A stretch of DNA of 40,460 nt from a virus. The DNA lies in the UHGV virus genome UHGV-1390708. One strand, 5' to 3'. Made by a program: the position numbers and the translations under genes. Positions 7,098 through 12,556 of the stretch are shown piece by piece. Numbering within the stretch: the stretch's first letter is position 1; each line of letters begins with the position of its first letter. The notes under the pieces were generated by a model. That model worked only from the letters and a program-made list of their open reading frames with translations. It had not been told where the DNA came from and did no database searches.

Positions 7098-8066
7098 TTA
7101 GTAGGTTATTTTTGTTGCGAATACTTCGCCTTTTACGATGGCTGTTATGATATTTTTAGCAACATCTTCTGATGCGCCAACCTTGATAAGGTCAGCAAGT
7201 ATTTTGTTATTTACTTCTTTCCGGTGAGCTTTATCCTTTGCTCTACGCTCTTCTTCGTCCTTGATTCTTTTTTCTTCTGCTATTCTGGCTTGCTCTTTTG
7301 CTTCAGCCTCGCGACGGATTCGTTCAGCCTCCTCCTGTGCTTTTCTGCGTTCTGCTTCAATTGCTGCCTGCTTTTCTCTTTCAGCTCGTTCTGCTGCCTC
7401 TTTTGCTTCGCGCTGTGCTCGTTGCTCGGCTTCAATGCGTTCACGCTCTGCACGTTCCGCTGCGGCCTTAGCTTCTGCTTCTCGCCTTGCTGCTGCTTCA
7501 ATTTCGGCTTTTGCCTTTGCTTCGGCTTCTGCTCTGGCTTTCTCTTCAGCTTCTCTTTTTAAGCGTTCTTCATGCTCTCGCTTTTCCTGCTCCGCTTTGA
7601 GTCTTGCCTCTTCTCTTTGGCGGTCAAATTCGCGATCCATCAAAATCGCTATTTCATGGTCAGACTCAATTTGCTTTGCGAGAGCTTCAGCTGCTGCCTT
7701 AGCTTCTTCTTCGGCTTTAATCCGTGCCTGCTCCTCCTCATAATCAGTAAGAGGCTGGCGCGCCTTGGCTTTCAGTTCATCAAGGCGATCGCGCACTGTC
7801 TTGCGGTTGGCATCAATTAGCTTTGGAATTTCCTTCAGTTCAGCAACAAGGTCTTTGCCAAGACCATCGAGATATGTTTTCGTCTGCGCAACTTTATACG
7901 CCAGAGAAGCGATCTCCTTTCTGCCCTTTGCCGTTGTGATATCAGGCACAAAGGACATAACTTCACGTTCAACCTTTTGAAGGATTTCTTCAATCTGGTC
8001 GGCAGACTGAAATACAGTCATTGCATTTGCTTTTTCAATAACAACTAAATCTGTTACTTCACTCAT
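7098..8066 (-). CDS. Large coiled-coil protein, 322 aa from MSEVTDLVV. It has a globular N-terminal domain (possibly DUF1351-like), a long E/A/K/R low-complexity helix and a short C-terminal domain.
   Basis: GGAGG Shine-Dalgarno sequence before the ATG at 8066. About 150 aa of EAEAKAKAEIEAAARREAEAK-type sequence. Confidence 0.6.
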   Translation of the reverse strand: MSEVTDLVVIEKANAMTVFQSADQIEEILQKVEREVMSFVPDITTAKGRKEIASLAYKVAQTKTYLDGLGKDLVAELKEIPKLIDANRKTVRDRLDELKAKARQPLTDYEEEQARIKAEEEAKAAAEALAKQIESDHEIAILMDREFDRQREEARLKAEQEKREHEERLKREAEEKARAEAEAKAKAEIEAAARREAEAKAAAERAERERIEAEQRAQREAKEAAERAEREKQAAIEAERRKAQEEAERIRREAEAKEQARIAEEKRIKDEEERRAKDKAHRKEVNNKILADLIKVGASEDVAKNIITAIVKGEVFATKITY

Positions 8067-8077
8067 ATATCCTCCGT

Positions 8078-8107
8078 CAAAAAAATTGCCCTCACACTGG
8101 AGGGCAA
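8078..8107 (-). terminator. Intrinsic terminator inside the pL operon (tL-like).
   Basis: Minus-strand hairpin TTGCCCTC-CAGTGT-GAGGGCAA followed by TTTTTTT. Confidence 0.7.
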
Positions 8108-8241
8108 AGAAGATTTCCAATAATCAGAACAAGTCGGCTCCTGTTTAGTTACGAGCGACATTGCTCCGTGTATTCACTCGTTGGAATGAATACACAGCGC
8201 AGTGTTTATTCTGTTGTTTATGCCAAAAATAAAGGCCACCA

Positions 8242-8442
8242 TCAGGCAGCCTTGTTATTCTGTTTACCAAGTTCTCTGGCAATCATTGCCGTCGTTCGTA
8301 TTGCCCATTTATCGACATATTTCCCATCCTCCATTACAGGGAACATTTCTTCAGGCTTAACCATGCATTCCGATTGCAGCTTGCATCCATTGCATCGCTT
8401 GAATTGTCCACACCATTGATTTTTATCAATAGTCGTAGTCAT
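8242..8442 (-). CDS. ral: Ral restriction-alleviation protein, 66 aa.
   Basis: MTTTIDKNQWCGQFKRCNGCKLQSECMVKPEEMF... matches my recollection of lambda Ral. It sits in the N-to-cIII interval. Confidence 0.7.
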   Translation of the reverse strand: MTTTIDKNQWCGQFKRCNGCKLQSECMVKPEEMFPVMEDGKYVDKWAIRTTAMIARELGKQNNKAA

Positions 8443-8512
8443 ACGGATAGTCCTGGTATTGTTCCATCACATCCTGCGGATGCTCTTCGAACTCTTCAAA
8501 TTCTTCTTCCAT
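8426..8512 (-). CDS. Lambda orf28-like acidic mini-protein, 28 aa (MEEEFEEFEEHPQDVMEQYQDYPYDYDY).
   Basis: Hand-translated. Its size and its position between N and ral match lambda orf28. Confidence 0.45.
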   Translation of the reverse strand: MEEEFEEFEEHPQDVMEQYQDYPYDYDY

Positions 8513-8570
8513 ATCTCACCTCAAATAAGTGGTTTGCTGCCTAATTTCATTTTCTGGCGACCAACACAAG

Positions 8571-8843
8571 TCATCTTGCTGTCAGTTGTTTTGATTTCCG
8601 GTAGCCTGCCGCGTAAATGGCTACGTTTGGCAGGCAAATACTTCCACTGCATTCATCTGCCTTCTTGCAGCGAAGGCTTCCGAGTGATGCTGCTTTGTCT
8701 GCTCTGACGCAACTAGAGATCTTTAGCGCAATTTTTCGCGCAAGTCTCTGCTCTTGCATTGCCTGTTCACGTTGAGCCTGCCTGCGTGCTCTGCGGCGAT
8801 TTCTGGCGTTATCGTCAGCCAGATATGTAATGACTACTGTCAT
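8571..8843 (-). CDS. N: N-family transcription antiterminator, 90 aa, with an N-terminal arginine-rich motif.
   Basis: Arginine-rich motif DDNARNRRRARRQAQREQ. The C-terminal AIYAAGYRKSKQLTAR resembles the P22 gp24 / phi21 N tail. GGAGG Shine-Dalgarno sequence. It is the first gene downstream of pL and nutL. Confidence 0.8.
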   Translation of the reverse strand: MTVVITYLADDNARNRRRARRQAQREQAMQEQRLARKIALKISSCVRADKAASLGSLRCKKADECSGSICLPNVAIYAAGYRKSKQLTAR

Positions 8844-9200
8844 GTTGACCTCCGATGATTGACTTTGGTGGTGACGCGCCGGGTGCTTATCTTCCGGTTG
8901 CCGTCGTGCAGCTGCACTTCACGTCACCCCAAAGCCAACTACTCTTTGACTCACACTCTCGCAGTGAGCGCGCTCATGCCCTTGAGTCTCTGTCGCTTAT
9001 TAGCCGCTGATAACCGGTGCGCGTCTGGCATTCGCGCTGCCTTTCCGGAGCATGTTCCCTTATTTACCCTCACATCGGTCTGCTAAACCTGCTCGCCATT
9101 ACGCGACTCGGGGCAGCATCATTACTGCTGCATTGCCTTTCGGCTGCGGTCTAACCGCGTTAGTGCACCATTACGGCACCTCCTGTTTGGTTAAACTCAG

Positions 9201-9242
9201 TTCCCGCATTTCGGCGGGACAATCCCATCAATGTTAAAGAGC
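9201..9242 (-). promoter_or_regulatory. nutL: nutL: boxA GCTCTTTAACA (9232-9242) plus a boxB hairpin (9201-9220).
   Basis: The minus strand reads GCTCTTTAACA-N12-GTCCCGCCGAAATGCGGGAA. The same boxA and boxB recur at nutR. Confidence 0.75.
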
Positions 9243-9288
9243 CTGCCAATCTGTTCCGTTTGGCTACCAGCGTCCTGCTGATGGCTTA

Positions 9289-9374
9289 AAGATAACTTAG
9301 GTTATAGGTGTGGTCAATAACCTAATTTATATTTTGTGGTAAATAAGTTATAAGTGATGGATAACAAAGGTATT
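9289..9374 (-). promoter_or_regulatory. OL: pL (-35 TTGACC at 9312-9317, -10 TATCTT at 9289-9294, 17-nt spacer) with OL operators.
   Basis: Operator sites are ATAACttagGTTAT (9292-9305), ATAACctaaTTTAT (9317-9330) and a degenerate ATAACaaagGTATT (9361-9374). Confidence 0.7.
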
Positions 9375-9496
9375 TTATTTTTGTAAATGTTGCTGATTGA
9401 TTGGTGTTTGAGGGCTTGCGTGCGGGGTGAAGGTGTTACCTTTGGCTTGATGCTTGTCTATGATGATGATGGGTGATTGGGTGGTGAACGGCAGGA

Positions 9497-9530
9497 AAAG
9501 AAAACCCGGCGCTGAGGCCGGGTGTTTTTA
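9497..9530 (-). terminator. Intrinsic terminator after the cI-linked moron. The hairpin has T-runs on both strands.
   Basis: CCCGGC-gctgag-GCCGGG. The minus strand continues TTTTCTTTTCC. Confidence 0.75.
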
Positions 9531-9824
9531 GTCTTTTCTTTTGCTTAGCATTTCGTCGATTTCTAAGTCAATACGATATTGATCTATTGCTTTTCTCTCG
9601 TTTGGGGTTGGTATTTTATACTGTTCAATTAGATCTGTTGTGTATTTTATTTCATCTAATGTGATTTTTATATCAGAGAGAATCTCTTTTATATCAATTA
9701 GATGCTCTTCTTCTTTTGCGCGATTAGAGCTATGTTCAATCACTTGAGATAGCTTTTTACTAATGCTTAGCAAAACAAAAAGAATGATGACCAAAACAAC
9801 AACAAAAACTATCAGAAATTCCAT
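9528..9824 (-). CDS. Membrane-anchored coiled-coil protein, 98 aa, family unknown. A lysogen-expressed moron in the rex position.
   Basis: GGAGGG Shine-Dalgarno sequence 3 nt before the ATG, 40 nt after the cI stop. N-terminal TM segment EFLIVFVVVLVIILFVLLSI followed by a charged helical region. Clearly AT-rich relative to the flanks. It has its own terminator. Confidence 0.75.
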   Translation of the reverse strand: MEFLIVFVVVLVIILFVLLSISKKLSQVIEHSSNRAKEEEHLIDIKEILSDIKITLDEIKYTTDLIEQYKIPTPNERKAIDQYRIDLEIDEMLSKRKD

Positions 9825-9864
9825 TATCCCTCCGCACTTCCGTAAGTCTTCTTCTGATTATCGG

Positions 9865-10572
9865 TTACCAACTATGAGACGACCAGAATACTCTGCCAAT
9901 AATCCTTACGGTTTCATGAAATTCATCTCTATCCATTACTTCATCCGGGTACTCTTCGCGATTTATTGATCTGATTATCACCGATGTAGGGGTGGCGATT
10001 AATGTTTTTACTCGTAACAAATCAGACTGGCAAATAGCGTAGGTTTTACCATCTCTGATGGTGGTATCTTGCGTGTTAACACCAACAACATCGCCATCGT
10101 GAAGCGTTGGTTCCATGCTTTGCCCTACAACCCTAACTAGCTTGGCTGATCTTTCAGATACTCCCATCTTTTTCAGATAGTGCTTTCTGAAAACCAAAGA
10201 GAACTCCGATGATTCCTCTAGCTCGCAGCTACCGCTTCCAGCTGAAAGCGAAACGTTAAGAAGAGGCAACGCAACAAACTCGTCATCGTTTCTTTTAATG
10301 TCTTCCCATACCACAGCTTTTAAAGATGACTCACGGACATTGGATGGTTCTTCATGTGCACCATCCCTCATTTCACCAATACCAGAACTAAGCCATTCAG
10401 GGCGCACTTTTAAAGCATTGGCTAATTCAACCATCTTGCGAGATCCGTTTGTTTTACCGGACGACATCTTCTGTATGGCTGGCTGAGATATTCCAACCAT
10501 GTCAGCAAGCTGTGATTGTGATACCCCTGCTGAGCTCATGGCTGCATTTAGTCTTTCTGCGAATGTTTTCAT
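9865..10572 (-). CDS. cI: CI-type prophage repressor (HTH_XRE plus S24 LexA-like autopeptidase), 235 aa from MKTFAERLN.
   Basis: HTH segment SQSQLADMVGISQPAIQKMSSG. Ala-Gly candidate cleavage site in LSAGSG. Ser in GQSMEPT and Lys in LRVK. The track start at 10602 is a TTG codon inside an operator. Confidence 0.85.
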   Translation of the reverse strand: MKTFAERLNAAMSSAGVSQSQLADMVGISQPAIQKMSSGKTNGSRKMVELANALKVRPEWLSSGIGEMRDGAHEEPSNVRESSLKAVVWEDIKRNDDEFVALPLLNVSLSAGSGSCELEESSEFSLVFRKHYLKKMGVSERSAKLVRVVGQSMEPTLHDGDVVGVNTQDTTIRDGKTYAICQSDLLRVKTLIATPTSVIIRSINREEYPDEVMDRDEFHETVRIIGRVFWSSHSW

Positions 10573-10584
10573 ACCCACAAATCT

Positions 10585-10650
10585 ATAACTACGGTTATCC
10601 AAAGTAAAATAACAAAGGTTATTGCTATTTTTTATAACTTGAGTTATCTT
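10585..10650. promoter_or_regulatory. OR: OR: three 14-bp operators ATAAC-N4-GTTAT interleaved with pR and a candidate pRM.
   Basis: Perfect sites at 10585-10598, 10609-10622 and 10634-10647. pR has -35 TTGCTA (10622-10627) and -10 TATCTT (10645-10650), 17-nt spacer. Candidate pRM -10 is TATAGA (minus strand, 10582-10587), 9 nt from the cI ATG. Confidence 0.75.
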
Positions 10651-10683
10651 TGGTTATAAGTAATGACCACAAGAGGTATGCTC

Positions 10684-10908
10684 ATGAATTTAGTAATTCA
10701 ACGAGCCTTGAAAATTGTCGGTAGCCAAAAGCGCCTTGCCGACAAGTGTGGTGTAACGCAGCCAGCAGTACACAAATGGCTGAAAGGCGGGTTGGTCTCT
10801 CCAGAGAAAGTTACCGCCATCGTTAACGCCACTGGAGGGCAGATCAAGGCTTACGAAATTCGCCCCGATTTGCCACACCTGTTTCCAAAACCGAATCAGG
10901 CAGCATAA
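10684..10908 (+). CDS. cro: Cro-type HTH repressor, 74 aa from MNLVIQRAL.
   Basis: AAGAGG Shine-Dalgarno sequence 7 nt upstream of the ATG at 10684. HTH segment QKRLADKCGVTQPAVHKWLKG. It is the first gene after pR. Confidence 0.8.
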   Translation: MNLVIQRALKIVGSQKRLADKCGVTQPAVHKWLKGGLVSPEKVTAIVNATGGQIKAYEIRPDLPHLFPKPNQAA

Positions 10909-10915
10909 GTAACAC

Positions 10916-10960
10916 CGCTCTTTAACAGTCATGGTCCTCATTCCCGCCGAAATGCGGGAA
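10916..10960 (+). promoter_or_regulatory. nutR: nutR: boxA CGCTCTTTAACA plus boxB hairpin TTCCCGC-CGAAAT-GCGGGAA (10941-10960).
   Basis: Read directly. The boxB sequence is the same as at nutL. Confidence 0.75.
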
Positions 10961-11007
10961 TACAACGCGCATAAGTTGATGCGCATAACTTCTTATTTGC
11001 TAAGGAA

Positions 11008-11040
11008 ATACTTACATATGGTTCGTGCAAACAAACGCAA
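11008..11040 (-). promoter_or_regulatory. pRE: pRE: CII-binding TTGC-N6-TTGC (11027-11040) and -10 AAGTAT (11008-11013).
   Basis: The minus strand reads TTGCGTTTGTTTGCacgaaccatatgtAAGTAT. This is lambda-type and overlaps the cII start. Confidence 0.75.
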
Positions 11041-11311
11041 CGAGGCTCTAAGAATCGAGAGTGCGTTGCTTAACAAAATCGCAATGCTTGGAACTGAGAA
11101 AACAGCGGAAGCTGTGGGAGTTGATAAGTCGCAGATCAGCAGGTGGAAGAGGGACTGGATTCCAAAGTTCTCAATGCTGCTTGCTGTTCTTGAATGGGGT
11201 GTCGTTGACGACGACATGGCCCGATTGGCACGACAAGTTGCTTCGATTCTCACCAATAAAAAACGCCCGGCGGCAACCGAGCGTTCTGATCAAATACAAA
11301 TGGAATTTTAA
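11018..11311 (+). CDS. cII: CII transcriptional activator, 97 aa.
   Basis: MVRANKRNEALRIESALLNKIAMLGTEKTAEAVGVDKSQISRWKRDWIPKF is lambda CII as I recall it. Confidence 0.9.
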   Translation: MVRANKRNEALRIESALLNKIAMLGTEKTAEAVGVDKSQISRWKRDWIPKFSMLLAVLEWGVVDDDMARLARQVASILTNKKRPAATERSDQIQMEF

Positions 11312-11333
11312 CAACATCCAGCGAGGTAATTAT

Positions 11334-11606
11334 ATGCGAAACAAAGGCTTTAATCCACCTGATACACACAAAGAAGCTAAGCGTTTGCGCTTCCTTCGTT
11401 CCATTGATGAAAGAACTCAAATATCTTTTGTGAAAGTTGCCAGAACTGAGCTTCTGAAGGCTGAGGCGAGGGCGTTGCTCCCGTCTCTACCAAAAGAGGA
11501 GGGGTATACGTTCATTCCAAACGCATTTCTGGAAAAGCTGCTCAAAGAAGACATATCCGTAAGTCAGTTTAACGATGTTCTTAAGGTCTTTCGTCAAGGC
11601 AGGTAG
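11334..11606 (+). CDS. Hypothetical protein, 90 aa, between cII and the replication genes.
   Basis: GAGG Shine-Dalgarno sequence 8 nt before the ATG at 11334. The stop abuts the next gene's start. Confidence 0.6.
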   Translation: MRNKGFNPPDTHKEAKRLRFLRSIDERTQISFVKVARTELLKAEARALLPSLPKEEGYTFIPNAFLEKLLKEDISVSQFNDVLKVFRQGR

Positions 11607-11608
11607 TT

Positions 11609-12556
11609 ATGAGCAATACAGCAAAAATCTACGATTTCAGCGCCGCACACGAGCGCAGGAGCAACAGGATGGAGAACCAGAAAACTGGTTACATTCCGTT
11701 GTACCGGAGCATTCTGAAACAGTCATGGGCGAAAGATGTTTATCTTCGCACCCTGTGGGAAAACCTTCTCCTGAATGCCGCCAGAAAGCCATACAAAGCG
11801 AATTTCAAAGGTCATGAATGGCATCTGCAACCCGGTCAACTGGTTGTGACAGCAGCTGATTTAGGTCTTCAGTTATGCGACAGGCATGGCAAGCCAGCAA
11901 GCCGCGATCAGGTTGAGCGGATGCTTCAGGTTTTTGTGAAAGAGGGGATGATCTCCATTGATGGAGAGAAGCAAAAAGGTCGTGTGATCACCATCACAAA
12001 TTACCATGAATATGCTCAAAAAATGGACAATTCACCCGCACATGAAGCCGCACAAACAACCGCACATGACGCCGCACATGACGAAGCCAGTAATGGCGCG
12101 GCTTTCAGCGTACATGCCGCACATGAAAGCGCACATGAAGCCGCACAAACAACCGCACATCATGAACAAGAAGGTATTAACAAGAATATAAATAATACCC
12201 CCCTACCCCCCAATGGGGGAGGCGATGGGCAGGTTAAACCTGAACGTCGCAAGGCAGAACGAATCGACTACGAATCCTTCCTGAACGCCTACAACACCGA
12301 AGTCGGTGACAGACTGCCACACGCTGTTGCGGTCAACGAGAAACGCAAACGCCGCCTGAAGAAAATCATCCCGCAACTGAAAACGCCAAATGTGGACGGT
12401 TTCAGAGCGTATGTCAGGGCGTTTGTGCATCAGGCCAAGCCGTTTTACTTCGGAGACAACGACACGGGCTGGACGGCTGATTTTGATTACCTGCTGAGGG
12501 AAGACTCGTTAACGGGAGTTCGGGAAGGGAAGTTTGCAGACAGGGGGATTGCATGA
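11609..12556 (+). CDS. Replication initiator (functional analogue of lambda O / P22 gp18), 315 aa, carrying the origin iterons.
   Basis: It lies upstream of the DnaB-type helicase. A central His/Ala-rich linker is encoded by direct repeats. The N-terminal part looks like a winged-helix domain. Confidence 0.7.
   Translation: MSNTAKIYDFSAAHERRSNRMENQKTGYIPLYRSILKQSWAKDVYLRTLWENLLLNAARKPYKANFKGHEWHLQPGQLVVTAADLGLQLCDRHGKPASRDQVERMLQVFVKEGMISIDGEKQKGRVITITNYHEYAQKMDNSPAHEAAQTTAHDAAHDEASNGAAFSVHAAHESAHEAAQTTAHHEQEGINKNINNTPLPPNGGGDGQVKPERRKAERIDYESFLNAYNTEVGDRLPHAVAVNEKRKRRLKKIIPQLKTPNVDGFRAYVRAFVHQAKPFYFGDNDTGWTADFDYLLREDSLTGVREGKFADRGIA
12036..12200. repeat. ori: Putative ori: eight CGCACA-core iterons in two clusters, followed by an AT-rich tract.
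   Basis: CCGCACATGA-type repeats begin near 12036, 12048, 12059, 12071, 12116, 12129, 12141 and 12153. A 28-nt segment, acatgaagccgcacaaacaaccgcacat, is duplicated exactly. An AT-rich tract follows at 12172-12197. Confidence 0.65.

Noticed and set aside
7224-7820. Several plus- and minus-strand ORFs inside the coiled-coil gene (7224-7562, 7261-7743, 7280-7501, 7572-7820).
   Set aside because: They are artefacts of the GAA/GCT-rich low-complexity repeat, which stays open in multiple frames. Their products are Ser/Phe/Cys/Leu-rich nonsense.
8859-9237. Plus-strand ORFs 8859-9086 and 9052-9237 (75 and 61 aa).
   Set aside because: They lie antisense to the pL leader and overlap nutL. They have no Shine-Dalgarno sequence and Cys/Arg-rich, low-plausibility sequence. 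The region is better explained as the structured N leader.
10573-10602. The extended cI start at 10602 and the extended erf start at 6578 in the track.
   Set aside because: Both are TTG codons. The cI extension would place an operator inside the coding sequence. The downstream ATGs give N-termini typical of the families.
10690-10986. Minus-strand 98-aa ORF antisense to cro.
   Set aside because: It fully overlaps cro and nutR. The pRE transcript does cross this region, but the ORF has no Shine-Dalgarno sequence and an implausible composition.
12036-12166. Whether the short direct repeats could be a CRISPR array.
   Set aside because: The repeats are about 10-12 nt, contiguous or irregularly spaced, inside a coding gene and followed by an AT-rich tract. 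These are origin iterons, not repeat-spacer units.
12006-12191. Alternative-frame [24 protein letters not shown]... within the initiator gene.
   Set aside because: It is an open frame created by the iteron repeats. It is nested inside a well-supported gene and lacks translation signals.
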